A DNA stretch of 64,000 nucleotides from Eledone cirrhosa (taxonomy: Eukaryota), in assembly GCA_964016885.1 (NCBI GenBank), contig OZ024741.1:145328001-145392000 (forward strand), read 5' to 3'. Made by a program: the position numbers and the translations under genes. Numbering within the stretch: the stretch's first letter is position 1; the number at the start of each line of letters is the position of its first letter. The notes under the pieces are model-generated. The model searched no databases. It had not been told where the DNA came from and was given only the letters and a program-made list of their open reading frames with translations. Shown here piece by piece: positions 26,121-41,791 of the stretch.

Positions 26121-27820
26121 CATCATCATCATCATCATCATCAACGTTTAACGTCCGTGTTCCACGCTTGCATGGGTTTGGACGGGGGTTTTCCCACTTG
26201 AGGCAAGAGTGATTGCCTTGCTCGCATAGGACTGTCTGGCAGGTTTTCTACAGTTGGATGCCCTTCCTAACACCAACCACATTTACAGTGTGGGTCTGAG
26301 AGGTTTTTACCGTGTTGCCTACACGGCCACATTACAGCGTGGACTGTATGTTTTTTTGTCGTGACACCTACACGATCTCATTTGTTTCGGCCTGGATGGC
26401 GCTGCACCAACATAACTTTACATAGAACGGGGTGGTGTGGATGGGGTGGTGGTGGTGGGACGGGGTGTATTTTGTTAGAGATGCCTACTGGCTGTAGTAG
26501 GTTTTACTATGTATTTAGGTAAGGCGGGTCTTCTCTGTTACTGAGTACCGCCAAATGTCTCAGTCCAGTAACATTGTCTTGGAGAGGTGTAAGTGTGTGA
26601 GGTCGGAGTTTATCAGCTCGTCCCAGGTTTTTCTAGGTCTGCCTATTCCGTGGCTACCGTCTCTCTTTATTGCCCTGCACTTTGTTATACAGCTATCGAC
26701 TTTCATGCGCATCACATGTCCATACCAACGTAGCCTTCTCTCAAGTAAACAACATCTGATCCCTCTTATTTCTAATTTTTTCCTTAGTTCGTTTATGCTT
26801 TGCCGTTCACGTATATTACTGTTACACATCCAGCGGAGCATGCAAGCTTCGTTCCTCTCTAGTCTGCGAATATCCTCTGCACACAATGCCCAGGTCTCAC
26901 TGCCATGCAACATTGCTGTTTGTATGCAGGCATCATACAACCTGCCTTTCATTTTTAGGGAGAACCCTTTAGCAGCTAATAGTGGTATAAGCTCTCTGAA
27001 CTTTTTCCAACCAGTTCTGACTCTAGCTACTGTACTTTCAGAGCACCCTCCCCCACTGCTGATTTTGTCGCCCAGGTAACGGAAGCTGTCCACTATTTCT
27101 ATAGAACCCTCTGCGCATTTGAAAGAGCTAGTATTTTGTGGGCACTTGCTGCTACTTATTGCACCAGAGCACCGGCCACATGTAAAATCTATGTTCTTAG
27201 TTAGCTTACCTGTGATCCCACTACATCTTTTATGCACCCATACTTTGCATTTGGGACATAAAATGGAGTTTCTACCTATGCCTTTCCTACACACTGAGCA
27301 TAGCCATTTCCCAGAAGGGACCGCCGCCTTCTTTTCTTTCCTACAAACTAGAACTTTAGTCTTAGCCAGGTTAATTTTAAGTCCTTTTGATTCTAGGCCG
27401 TGCTTCCATGTTTGGAATTTCTTCTCTAGCTCAGCCATTGATTCAGCTATGAGTGTCAGGTCGTCTGCGTATAGGAGTTCCCATGGGCAGCTGGTCTTGA
27501 ACTCCTCTGTTATAGCCTGAAGGGCAATAATAAATAGTAGGGGGCTAAGAACAGAGCCCTGATGGACGCCAACTTTTACGCTAAACTCTTCACTATATTC
27601 GTTGTTAATTCTAACCTTGCTGACTGTTTCTTTATACATGGCTTGTATAGCTCTCACAAGCCATTCGTCAACCCCTAGTTTTCTAAGAGCCCACCAGATA
27701 ATGGAACGGGGGACTCTGTCGAAGGCTTTCTCCAAGTCGACAAAAGCTAAGTAGAGGGGTTTACCTTCAGCTAGGTACTTCTCCTGTAGTTGTCGTACAA
27801 TGAAAAGAGCGTCTGTGGTA
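26121..27820 (-). mobile_element. RTE-clade LINE, 5'-truncated
   Basis: ORF 26560..27972 (real from TTDALF): FVDLEKAFDRV, YADD, PHD finger, RRLRWYGHV; (CAT)n tail. Confidence 0.96.
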
Positions 27821-27891
27821 CATACATATACATAAATACATACATACACATACATACTCACACATACATATACATACATATACATACATAC

Positions 27892-27941
<50 letters not shown>

Positions 27942-28116
27942 TGATGGATATTGAATTGCTATTGTTGATCATGATATGTGATGGAGTTGTAAAGCTACAT
28001 CATATGTTTATATCTACTGACATCTTTGTGTGCTAAAGTTGATTAATTTACTACTGGTTACTAGAAATTGATAGGTAGGCAGGTGGAATGAAATACTCAA
28101 GGCATACGTCTGTGTG

Positions 28117-28165
<49 letters not shown>

Positions 28166-30723
28166 TTACATATATATACAAACACACATATATATATATT
28201 TATAAATTGAGTGCGTATATATATATATAATCCCTAATATATAATATAATGTGTGTTGGATCATTGGTTGGATGTCATGTTTGATAAAAGTGAGACAGAA
28301 AGAGTGAAGAGGGAGAGAGTAATAGAGAAAGATAGTGTATCCTTTGTCAGTTTTAGTTGTCTGATAAACTGAATATTATGTTCATTAAATCAACAATCAA
28401 TTGGCCCAGTATTTCATAGAGATGTGTACTATTAATGTAATACCTGAAATTACAGACATAGCAATTTCTTAATCTCTCAGCCATGTTTATGTTTGCTTGT
28501 GTAAGATGATGGATCTTCCGTCGGCTTTGATGGTGAGCATCAACTATTCATGTGTGAGGGGTTGAGTATTCTTGAAATATGTATGCCCTTAACATAATTC
28601 TCTGGCAGTAATAACATATGACAAGGCTGGACCTTTGAATTACAGGTAAAATTAATTGGATGGGATTCCACATAATTTTCATGTAAACAATTTCACTCAC
28701 AGACTTGAGTCACCCCCAAGACTATGATAAAAGACAAAGATGTTATACAGTGAGATCAAACCCAGACATTTTTGACAGGGATGCAAATTTCTTAACCTCT
28801 CGGCCCTGTCAGTGACTATTTATGGAAGATACTCCTATATTCAATTCAGCTCTCTCCATTTGCAAATCTTCAGAAATGTAACATTGTTTAAACTAATAAG
28901 AGATTTTCCAAAATTTAATTGAATAGCAAAAAAAAAAGCTCACAGGAAATTATATATATTCCAAACAAGTTGGAGTAATCAGAATAATAAGCTTATTTCA
29001 AAATTATGGGATGAGATTTAAAATAAAAATAATTTCAGCGTTTTTTTTCGAAAATGGTTTGTGCAATTTTATTTGTTGCTACACTTACATTGCAAGCGTG
29101 CTGTGCATACAGAATTAGCTTAAAGGCAAGTTAGTTACAAGATCTGTCTATGCTTCGATTCCCTGTTTTTATCTATAAGAATCTGTTTCTGAAGTTTACA
29201 TTCTTTATAAAGTATTCAATATTGATTGGTGTTGACAGAACAAAATATTTTTTTTCTCTATGTATCCAAGCAAACAGAGAGGGGGATATTGTCTGTGTTA
29301 TGTGTATGTATGTGTCATGTGTATGTGTGTGAGTATGTATGTGTCTGTGGGAGAAAGACAGAAACAGAGATAAATCTTACAATTCAAATAAAGTTGCTTT
29401 GTCCACACTCATATTTATGTACAACAAAAACAATAAAAATGTTTTAAGCAATGTTCCCTGTTAAAGCTAGAGTTAGCTGAGTGGAGGGCATAAGACACTT
29501 CTCCAAATTGCCCTATCCTCTAAATCCCCCCTCACCAACCCCATGGCTTCCATTTCCTTTAGCCATGTCTTTCTTAGTTTTATCTTTAGTCATGTTTTTT
29601 GCCATCTTACCATTCCTCTACTTAAATATTAGTAAATACAATTTCTTCATCACTCTTGATATATTACAGTCTTATATATCTACAGTTAGATGTTGTTTCC
29701 TATTCAACTACCCCCTAAATATTGTACACTGTGACATCTTCCAATTTCCTTCTTTTCTTTTCCCTTCTACTCTTTTAGATCCTATAATGATTTAGCAAAA
29801 TAGTCTAAAAACAGAGATGCTAACTTAAATGCTGACATCTTAGTGGACAGATCATTGTGAACATTTGTAATATGAAGACTTTGATATTTAATGTGATACA
29901 ATCATAGTGATGTTTTGTACTTTTCAAGAACATCTTGAAAATGTGGTTTCATGTGGTTCATTAATTTAAATGTTTATAATATTTTTATTAGTGGAAAGAT
30001 CAATGTTTTGTAATTTTCAGGAGCATCTTACAACAGCATAATCATCACCACCACAACCAAAGTCATCATGGTCATTATCATCATATTTCTCATCATTAAC
30101 ATCAGCATTATCTTCTTCATTATAAATATATCATCATCATGATCAGGACTATAAATGATGATGATCATTATCATTTTATATCAATTTTTCAATGCTAGTG
30201 TGGGTTTTACCATCAGCACTAGCAATGGCACATACTGTCAATGATGGCATAGGTGGTTGTGAAGGAGTGCAGTGACAGAGATGTTAGTAACTGGGACATT
30301 GTTACAGTATGGCAACATCTGGCACCAAAGTCACCCTAATTAATTGACAATATAGATTCTATTCAGCAGCTGTGGCCAACAATTAATTAATAATCACATC
30401 ATACCCCTATGTAAAAGAATGACATATATATATATGTGAGTGTATATACCATTCTCTTTATATGTAAGAATGATACACACATATATATGTTATTCTCTAT
30501 ATCTGTAAATTTGCCAGTGATTCCTCTTTCTTTCTCTTTCTATATATGTATAGTTGTGTATAATATATATGTATGTGTGAGTACGGATGTGTGTAGGTGC
30601 TTATATATGTATTTGGATGTTTGCTATGTGTGTAGGTAGTTTATTTTCAATATTCATTAGTTATGTCTCCCTGTACGTTGTGTCTACCTGTCTCTAACTA
30701 TCTATCTATCTATCTATCTCTCT

Positions 30724-30754
<31 letters not shown>

Positions 30755-30756
<2 letters not shown>

Positions 30757-32885
30757 TACTAGAGGCGACGGATGAGGTTTGTGGCTGGAGTAAGACCTCA
30801 AGCAGGAGGAGAGTGACTTGGTGGTGGAACAATAAGGTAGATGAAGCAGTCAAGGCCAAGAGACAGGCATGGAAAGAATGGAAGAACGGGGGGAGCAGGG
30901 TACATTACATAGAGACCAAGAGGGAAGCTAGGCGACAAGTATACTTAGCTAGGAGGGAAGCAGAGGATAGAAAATTCAAGCATGTTTTACAACGTGAGGA
31001 CCAGAAACAGGAGGTATTCAAGATTGCGAGGCAGTGTGTCAGAGATAGTTGTGATGTCATTGGAGAGAAGTGTATCCGGAATGATAAAGGTGAGCTTGCC
31101 CTCACAAGTGCTGAGAAGAAAGATGCATGGAAGAGTCATTATGATAGATTACTAAATGAGGAGAATGCATGGGAAGAAGAGACCCTACCCCACGTAGACC
31201 CTATAGAGGGACCAGCAGTACAAGTCAGCGGCAGCGTAGTAAGTAAGGCAATCAGAGATATGAAGATAGGGAAGGCAACCGGTCCATCGGGTATAGCTGC
31301 CGAGATGCTGAAGGCATCTGGGTCTGTAGGTCACACTATAACCACACGTATCGTTAACCAGGTAATACTAGAGGGGGCCATACCAAAAGATTGGTGCAGT
31401 AGCATCATTGTCAACTGCTACAAAGGTAAAGGCGATGCACTAGATAGAGGAAACTATAGAGGTATAAAGTTGATGGACCAGGTCATGAAAGTAACAGAAA
31501 GAGTTATAGCACAGCTGATTAGGGACCGGGTGAATATAGACGAGATGCAATTTGGGTTTGTTCCAGGGAAAGGCACCACTGATGCGTTCTTCCTTGTGAG
31601 GCAATTACAGGAAAAGTACCTAGCTAAAAGTAAGCCACTCTACTTGGCATTTGTCGACCTTGAGAAAGCCTTTGACAGAGTTCCACGTGCAGTAATCTGG
31701 TGGGCTCTTAGAAAACTAGGAGTAGATGAATGGCTTGTGAAAGCGGTACAAGCCATGTATAGGGGAGCAGTCAGCAAAGTTAGGATTGGCAATGAGTATA
31801 GCGAGGAATTTAGCGTACAGGTTGGGGTCCACCAGGGCTCTGTTCTTAGCCCTCTCCTGTTCATCATAGTCCTGCAGGCAATAACGGAGGAGTTTAAGAC
31901 CGGATGCCCATGGGAACTCCTGTATGCTGATGACCTCGCACTCATAGCTGAATCTATGGTAGAACTAGAGAATAAATTCCAAACCTGGAAGCAGGGACTA
32001 GAGAGAAAGGGCCTCAAAGTCAACATGACAAAGACTAAGGTCCTTATAAGTAGACGAGAAAACAGAACCCAGATCCCCTCAGGGAAATGGCCTTGCTCAG
32101 TATGTAGGAAAGGTGTAGGTAGGAACTCCATTCTTTGCCCCAAATGCAAACAATGGGTACACAAGAGATGTAGCGGGATCTCAGGAAGCTTAATTAAGAA
32201 TGTAGGATTCACATGCAGCAGCTGTGCTGAAACAGCAAGCAAACAGCCACAGGAAACAAGTACCACCAATCTCTGGGAGGGCCCTGTAGAAACAGTAGAC
32301 AGCTTCTGCTACCTAGGTGACCGAATTAGCAACGGAGGTGGGTGCTCAGAAAGTACAATAACTAGGGTAAGAACGGGATGGAAGAAGTTTAGGGAACTAC
32401 TACCACTGCTAGCTGCAAAAGGCTTCTCCCTCAGAATGAAAGGCAGACTGTATGATGCGTGTATCCGAACAGCGATGTTGCATGGTAGTGAGACCTGGGC
32501 GCTGAAGGTGGAAGACTTACGTAGATTAGAGAGAAACGAAGCCTGCATGCTCCGATGGATGTGTAACAGTAATATACGTGAACGACAAAGCATAAATGAA
32601 TTGAGAGAGAGACTGAGCATAAGAGGAATCAAATGCTGCGTGCAGGAGAGGCGGTTACGCTGGTATGGACATGTGATGCGTATGAAGGATGACAGCTGCA
32701 TAAAAAGGTGCAGAGCACTAGAAGTTGATGGAAACCGCGGAGTGGGGAGACCCAAGATGACTTGGGATGAGGTGATAAAAGCCGACCTTACCCAACTACA
32801 CCTCTCAAAATCAATGACACACGACCGTGACTTCTGGCGTCACGCAGTAATACAGGGTACCCGACCTCCCATGGGTACATGCTGA
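30755..32885 (+). CDS. RTE reverse transcriptase (N-terminally truncated) with internal PHD finger
   Basis: WWWN, KATGPSGI, NYRGIKL, QFGF, FVDLEKAFD, QGSVLSPLLF, YADD, C4HC3 at 32094-32225, FCYLG, GSETW. Confidence 0.9.
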
Positions 32886-33183
32886 AGCATATAAACAATA
32901 TGCCCCCCCCCCCACCGCAAGGTGGTCGTGGAGGTGCCACGGCAAAAAAGCACCCAGCCCACACTGTAAAGTGGACGTGTAGGCGCCACGAAAAAGCACC
33001 CAGCACTCACTGTAAATGAGGTTGGTGTTAGGAAGGGCATCCAGCTGTAGAAATCAAGCCAGATCAGTTCCTGTATGAGCAAGGCATGGTCAGCCGACCA
33101 GACACTGCCCACAACAGGACAACCCGTCTAACCCATGCTAGCGTGGAAGAACGGACGTAAAACGGTGATGATGATGATGATGA

Positions 33184-33187
<4 letters not shown>
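30755..33187 (+). mobile_element. RTE-clade LINE, longest copy, 5'-truncated before the APE domain
   Basis: Uninterrupted frame from LLEATDEVCG to the stop at 32885; 3' UTR and (GAT)n; (TA)n both sides. Confidence 0.97.
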
Positions 33188-33253
<66 letters not shown>

Positions 33254-36057
33254 GTATCTGTAACTACCAATATACCTATCCATCTATCTATATCTATCAA
33301 CCTGTTTATCTATCAATCAATCGATATATCTATCATCTAGCTATCCATCAATTTATCTATCCATATATACTTATATCTATAACCATCCATCAATCACTCT
33401 GTCATTGTATCTGTTCAACAATCAATCTATCCATATCTAGTTAGCTGTTAATTTCAATTTGAGACAACCTTCTCCTACCATTCCATTAAGTATACATTGT
33501 TGTTTAATTTGTATCAGAGCAGAGACAAACAGAGGAGGAGCACAAGAGCATGAATGAAACAAGACACAGGATAAAATTCTAAGAGAGAGCACACATCTTC
33601 ACTAAGTATGGTGTTATTTACTGAAACTTGATGCTAACTTGGCACGTTTCCCCTCATTCTGGCAACACATTGCCATTGAAATTGCTTCCATTATCTACTT
33701 TTCTAAACTGACTATGTCTCTTTCTGTTTAAATGTCTTTTATTATTACTACTACTATTACACCTACATACTCAGACTCTACACCCACTGTACATATACAT
33801 ACACAACACAAACAGCCCACAACCCAACATTCCTCCTGCAGTCTTTCTACTGATGGTTCACTGATCAAATTGGTTTTATGGCCATGACACAATATTGATT
33901 GAAATGCTTTCAATCAGCCTATCTTCTGAAGTCTTGTGTAAAAGAATCGACAAATGAAAGAATCAGTTGATGACAGATTTAGAGAAAGAATCATATACTT
34001 CCAGAAAGTTCTCTTACAAAACATTGTCTAACACTTGTCTGCTCATTTCTGTTATATTTCTATTATTCTCTGTTTCAGTTTCACCATTCTGATATGAGGA
34101 ACACCAAACTGTATAGTATTGGCTTCTAGTGAACTATAACTGTATGATAGAGTCAATGCAAGTGAAGGCACATGGCTTAGCAGTTATAGTGTTCAGCTCA
34201 CAATTGTAAGGTCATGAGTTCGATTACAGCAGTATTTTGTATCTTCAAACAAGATACCATTGATCCAGTCGACTCAGCTGGAAAAAAATTCTAAGAGCCA
34301 GCCTTGTAAAAACCTGTGTCATGCCAGAGAACTAGGTTATGGGTCCATGTGACCATGGAATGTTCAGCTACTTGCATGGTAGTTTCATGAACAGACTGTT
34401 CGATTGCTCATACAAATGGAACACTTGACGTTGGAACCATGCCAGTTCCACTTTGAGGTTATTGTCACTAACAATTTCAATGCTTATTGCTGTTGTTGTT
34501 ACAGCTAACACCTATGTATGTTTAGCTTACCCACTATGAGGCTGCATTTCATAAGAAGTTTCACAGTTATTTTAATGATAGGAGCCCTAGAATCATGAAA
34601 AGATTCTCTCTGGAAAGGATGCCAGTCTGTTGTGGGGGATAACTCCTGGCTACTGCTGCAGGTACTCATTTGTTTCAGCTGAGTAGACTGCAGCAACATG
34701 AAATGAAGAATCTTGCTCAAGAAAACAATGTATTGTCAGGTCCAGGAATCGAGCCCATGACCTCATGGTTGTGACTCCAGCACCGGAACACCTATTTGAT
34801 GTTGAAATAGGAAGATCACAATATACGATATCCTCCCTTTGTGCCTCATCAAAAAGAAACCAACCAACAATATATTTTTTATTATGGGAATTGTTTTAGT
34901 TTTGGATTCCCCCACCTTCACACCATTCTTGATATCGCTATTTCTACCTACTCACCTCACAATACTGGGCATGTAAATGATACAACAACCACACAAGAAG
35001 CATTTTCATTCTTTTGATAGCTAATCAGCAAAAACTGTATGTGGTTCTGGGATACAAAACTATTTAAAGGTGCTTTCATTTATTTTGAAATATTCCATCA
35101 TAAATTTATGTAAGAAAGAACCTTTGTTAAGTTATGCTCCAGGCACCAGCTTAATAATGAGAAAGTCACTTTAAGGACATTGTTGAGCCTCCACACAATG
35201 TAGATCAAGTAATCATAATATTTACTGTGCAAACCATCAATAATAATATTAAAAATATGAATATTAACAGTAGTAGTAGTAGTAGTAATGAATTTTATAG
35301 TCGATTTACATATCAGTCCTATAGCAAACGTAAGAAAAAAAGGAAAAAATATAAAAAGCAAAACATGTCTGGTATAAATATATTCAGACTTCGTTGGAAA
35401 GCAAGTGAAAGTTCTTATCATTGGCAAAAGTTTTAGTTGGTCTAAACAAAAGAGTTAATGGTATTTCTGCTGCCAATATTCATTTTATCATGATCTGATG
35501 GAACAGTTAACTATAAAATATCTACAGGACTGATGGATCACTGAAGGAAAAATAAAACAACCAGACCAAAATAGCTGAAACTTACCCAGTTTGATTTTAA
35601 AATTTATTACAGCAATTATATACAAATAGTTTCATTTGTGTGTGTGTGTGTATATGTATATATACATATAATTATACACACATGTACTTATATGCATACA
35701 TACATACATGTATATTTACATGTGTACATACATACACTTCTTTGGCAATATTTGTGAGCAACAACAAATCTAGCAAAATAATATTGAGATACTGTCAATA
35801 TTGTATTTACACACATGTATATACATATGTCACATATACTCACATACACTGATACACATGTGAAACACATACATGCATATGCAAGGAATACAGACATACA
35901 CACACATGGTTAATGACACAAACACATAAATAATTAGAATTAATAGACAGCAGAATTAAATTGGACATCTTCACTAAATATTCAATATAGAACTGACAGA
36001 ACATTTTACATTCACATATGTATGTTGTAGCCATTGTTTTTGTTATTGTTGTTATTA

Positions 36058-36262
36058 GGGCTGTGGATTGGCAGTATCAGTAGAGTGTTGAATAACATAC
36101 TTTGCATAGCCCTTTATATGCTGATTTCAAACCCCACCAAGATTAGCTTTGTATTTCATCCTTATGAGGTCGATAAAATAAAGTATCAGCAACACACTAG
36201 GGTCAATGTAATAAATTTTCCCCTCCCCCAAATTTATTGGCCTTGTGCCTAAATTAGAAACA
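36058..36262 (+). mobile_element. SINE family 1 (diverged)
   Basis: gggctgtggattggcagtatc..tttcatccttatgaggtcgataaaata..tggccttgtgcctaaattagaaac. Confidence 0.75.
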
Positions 36263-38749
36263 GGCAAAGAAGAGCTTTCAGCCATGTCTGTCCAAGATGC
36301 AAGTAGAGTGACAAACTTCATCACATGTGGGATGGATCCAACTATTAACTGAGTCTGTTGTGAAGATCATCCCACCATCTTCCTTTATATGCCTGGTGGC
36401 CATGGCAAAAGATGTGCGGTGGATGTGTTTGAAAGGGTTGAAAACAAACACGTTCCTCTTTGGTAAAACACGGATTAACATTTTCAGATTTCACCTGAAG
36501 AGAAAAATCAGGTCCAAGACATCATCCATAATTCCTACCACAGACATCATTCATATTTCTTGACACATACTCTGTAAACACAACCATGAAACCGCTCTAA
36601 ATACCAGTATAGGAGAGACAGACTTTTTTCATGCTGCAGCTGTCAAATTACACAGTTTCTGTATAATAATAAACAATATCCATTATTATTTGCAGGATTA
36701 CAACCCCATTGCTTAATAATGTACATGAACCAGACTCATTCCCATGTCTAACAGATAAATTTATTTAAAATGCTAGAGTGCTATCCTGCCTAACAAAGCA
36801 AACTCTCTGCAGTCACTGTTAGCCCCAAATAAACCCACTCTGATCCATTTGAAATTACAAATACTTATTAAAGGTATAAAACATTACCTACTAGAAAAAA
36901 TGTGAAAAGCATATACAGGGAAGATGTGTGGTTAAGTGGTTGTGAGTGTTTTGTCCACCATTTTAAGGTTGTGAGTTTGATTCTGACTGTGTCCTTGAGT
37001 AAGACACCTTATTTCACATTGATCTAGTATGCTCAGTAATTCAAATGGTCAGTCTATCATGTAGCATCTTCATTGAGGACTACATCAAAGGTGCTTGCAT
37101 CTGTGAAATGCTCAGCCACTTGCACATTGATTTCCTGACTAGGCTGTTCCATTGTAAAACCAACTGAGAGATTTGTCGTCAAAACGAAAGTCTAACATAT
37201 ATATATATTCCCTATATTATGAATGTGGAAGTAGGCATAGCCAAGTGGTTAAGAAATTTACTTTGCAATTGTGAAGTCTAGGGATTCAATACCACTGCCT
37301 TAGGTTGACACTTGTATTGTGAGTAAAATTGGGTAGATGGAAACTATGAGGAAGTCCATTGGATGGACTGTAGCTGTGATTGAAAGGTCCATCTATATCA
37401 CATATTTTATCACACTGATAAAGCTTGGGAATTCATTAAATATATATACATGTCAGGGGAATACTCAATCACTTACATGTTAATTCACAAGATGATTGCC
37501 CAGTTGATCAAACCACTAAAATCCATCATTGAACCTGATAAAAGTTCCATCATATTATGGAAACAATTTATGTCTATTGATATAAATAAATGAGTTGCTT
37601 CTATTTTGTCCAAGTCTGTCTTTTTCTGAGTGATTTGATTGTTGCCAACAAAGTTTTGCTGCATGACAAGTATAGTCTTTATTGGGCAGTTGAGTGATGA
37701 ACTTTTGGGTCCAGGCTGTCATCTTCTTTGAAGAGTTAGATATGTAGTAAGTTGTTAGTGAGTAGATTTAGCATTTTTTCTGGCTCTCTGTACCATGAGT
37801 TCAAATTCCATTGAGGTAATGTTCCCTTTTATCCTTTTCAGGATCAATAAAGTGTTGCTCCCAATCCAAGTATAGTAAATTAACAGAAATGCTAAAGCAT
37901 CGGTATCTAATACTTTACAGTATCAGTTCTGGTTCTATATTTTCTTAGTTCAAATCCTTCTCCAGTCAGCCGAAAAGCTGTGATACTTCTGCCAAGAGCT
38001 GTGACTAGTAGATAGAATCAGCAAAGGAAAGATGAAGGGCAATATAGTATCCTTGGTCTGATCTGTTAATGGGCCGCTTTCCTTCTTTTTTCCTCTACTT
38101 CTTTGCTGTGTGTATCTGCTTTACCATAGGTTCACTCTATCCTTGCATCTTGAAAGAAGCAACTAAAAAGATTGTTGCAAATAAACATTGCTTCAAAAAG
38201 AATTCCATTAGGAGCATGAACCCACAATATGGACCCACAATATTATCATCTTCATTAACACGAGAAAATGGTCTCAAAATGTTTGTTGCTGCTTCATTGA
38301 GTCATGATTATAAATGTTGTTAATTGGTAGTTTATGAGAATGGTAACTCTGATAAATGTATTTCCTGTACAAGATGTAATGTTCTGGTTGGACTTTTTAT
38401 CTTTAGCAGTCCAAATAACAAACCACTCCTTGTCAAGAATTTGAAGCTTTTTAATTACACTGTTGATTTTTTTCTAAATAAAACTGAGCCACGTCTGCAG
38501 TAGTAGTAGAATTTTTTTCTAGTCATTTTTTTCTTTATATATTTTGGCAGTCTAAGTGACAACCAATTTAAGACTAGCATTTGAAGGTTTTGATTACTTT
38601 ATTATAAAATCTTGGAAGTATTTTAGCATTTTTATGGTTAATTGACTTTTATTTCTAAAAATGAAGAAAAAAATATATATATATTTACCATTTTATGCTC
38701 TGCCACAACCAGGAATATCAGTCTCCCACAGATCAATGGTATTTATATT

Positions 38750-39780
38750 GAAAGCAACACACTAACATCTGACAACAGAGATTGCTGCCCTAATGCTATG
38801 AACACAACTAGACTAAAGCCAACATTACTACAACATTAACATAGCTATTCTGTCAAACCAACAATTACATTAAAAGTACCATTACTGCATCCCTATTAAT
38901 AACAAAAATGCCACAACTATGACAATACCTATATGAATACAACATTAATATTTCTGAAACATCAACATTAGTTATATGACCAACACAATCATAGTAACCA
39001 ACAACAATAACAGTGATATCAAGACAACGTTAGCACAGCAACAACACTAACACCAACAACAACATAACATTATCACAAACACAATACCAATACAAGCATA
39101 AAATCAATAACAAACACAATAATACCAACAACATCAACACTAACATGATATAATCACATAATATATACAACACCAACATAACACCAACACAACATCAACA
39201 CCAAACCATCATCAATAACAACAACGCTAATGCAAACACAGCACAATGTGAACACCAACACAGCAACAATACTGGCACACCAACAACAACTCCAACAGTA
39301 CCAACACAAAAGTAACACCAACATAAAATCAGCACCAACACAGCAACTGCCCTAGCACTAATATTGACATATCCTCACATTACTAAAACTAATACCATTA
39401 TAACAATCAGCACAAAGCATAGAGAGAGTTTCTACCTTGTTGTTTAACTTACTCGAAATAACAGTTAAATTTCCTTCAAAACAGGCCCTATCATCTCTCA
39501 AAAGTAAAGAAATATGTGTCTAGATAATGTAGTCCCAGCTACATTATCTAGACTACATTATTAACAAAAAATAAGTTTACCACAGATAACAACGGCAGTA
39601 ACATTAACACAAACAACAACAATAATAACATAACAGCAACAACATCAACACAAATAATAGTAACAACATCAATCCAAATAACAACAACATTAGCACAAAT
39701 AACACCATTAATAAAGAACAGCCTCACTAAGACAAACAACAACAATAAAAACATCAACACCAACATTATAATAACTGCAA
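38750..39780. repeat. Degenerate (AAC/CAA)n low-complexity tract
   Basis: A/C-rich trinucleotide-derived sequence. Confidence 0.8.
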
Positions 39781-41157
39781 TGTTTTGGACTCCACCCACA
39801 ATCATGCCATCTCAGAGTTGGCAACTTCTCTTAACATGCCACTCTTAATGATATCATTAAATATAGCTAAGACACAGCTGGCTTCCCATCACAGCTGGGA
39901 TTTGTAGGATTAGACTATTCGATAGGTTTCTTGTCAAACTCATATCAATGAAACATCTGCTGTCTGAGACCTGAAACCATCTCCCTACTCACTTCAATCA
40001 AAATGGAGATGGCCATCTGCAAGAATAAACCTCATTAGTTTGATTGGCTCTTATAGTACATCCCCCTCATCACACTCCAGTGTAATGCATTTGCCAATTT
40101 TCAACCACTGTCAAGTATATACAAGTTTTCAGAATAGGTGCAACATATCCTTGTATCTTGTAAGAGGCAACTAAAAGGGTTGGCATTAGTAAGAGCATAT
40201 AGTAGTAAAACATTGTTTCAAAACATTTCATCCAACTCATGCCAGCATGGAAACCCCCCCCCCCCATAAAACTGATGATGATGGTGATGATGATGGCCAT
40301 GAAATATTTACATGATATACTTTCTTTGCTTTTTACACAATAAAATTAACTATGATGTAACGGGCATAGAATGAAACTAACAACGCTGCACCAATCAATA
40401 AAACAACAGCAATGAAATGACACTTATGCAAAATCACCAATAAAACTAGAGAGGAATCAACCTATGTTGATTTTGGCTATGAGTATTTCAGTTATTCGAT
40501 CAATACAGTGGCCTGCTCCTGAAATTAACATCAATATGCAAATGGCTGAATATTCCACAGACCTATATAGCCTTAACATAATTCACAGTGAGATTCCACA
40601 TGACATAATATGTAATAAAAGTCGCCTTTTGAATTACTGGTACAGTCCATCTGATAAATTCCAAAACTGTTTCAATCTATTTAATTTCACTCATAAAGCA
40701 TGGATTGGCATAAATGACACTTGCTCAAAGTGCTATACAGTGGGATAGAACACAGGATCTCACAATTATGAAGTGATCTACTTGACCATACAACCATGTT
40801 GGGTTGTCTTTGAAACAATAACATTGCCAAAATTACTACAAGACAACTACAAATACAAAACAAAAAAGCCAGACACTAACAATACAACTGACAGGAAACA
40901 TTATATAATAAATTGCAGCCATTAAGAAAATGTGAGAGAGTTATCTTGAGAGATAGATATAATACAGCAACATATCTAATTGATGGCAGTCAGAATGGAG
41001 AAGCAAATGATGTTGTTCTTTTTTATATTCAACCAACAAATATGGAAGCAGTAGGAATTTGGGTTTTGGTTTTGTTGGTGATGATGATGATAATAGTAGT
41101 AATAATAATAATAATGGTAAAAATTAACATAATTATAATTACTATTATTATTATTAA

Positions 41158-41272
41158 GGTTGGTGGATTAGCAGTCTTGGTAGAGCATTAGACACACTTT
41201 TTTTGTAGCATAGAGTTTCGGCCCTTTACGTTCTGATTTCAAATTCTGCCGAGGTTAGCTTAGCTTTTCATC
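41158..41272 (+). mobile_element. SINE family 1 5' part
   Basis: ggtggattagcagt..gcatagagtttcggccc..ttcaaattctgccgaggtt. Confidence 0.65.
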
Positions 41273-41657
41273 AAATGCTAAAGAGGTAAGAATGAAAAAA
41301 TATTTGACTAAATCCCTCCAAATTTTTTATTATTTTCAAAATTAATTGAAAACCATAAGCAGTGTATTTCATTAGAAATATGCTAACAAATTAGTTAAAT
41401 TCTACTGATCAGTTTGTCCCTCTGACAAGGTTGCTGGTTTAGATCATTCTATAATTCCTGGTATTTCAGTCTTAATTTTAATTCTGTTTCATATGTAGAA
41501 ATATCACTTTTTTCTTTATTATATAATTGATTACATATTTCTGTCGATATTGATATTTTCTGGGGTTTCTTTTTAATCTCCTTCAGTAGTTCTTCGATTC
41601 TCCATAACTGTCTATTCCTTTCTTTAAGTATAATTTCATTTTTTGTCTTGGTTGCTT

Positions 41658-41751
<94 letters not shown>

Positions 41752-41760
41752 TGTGTGTAT

Positions 41761-41791
<31 letters not shown>

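Noticed and set aside
26555-27520. Conserved antisense ORFs over RTE copies
   Set aside because: Shadow frames of the RT coding strand, repeated only because the copies are related
38000-38600. Possible decayed coding or transposase sequence
   Set aside because: No recognisable motif in any frame
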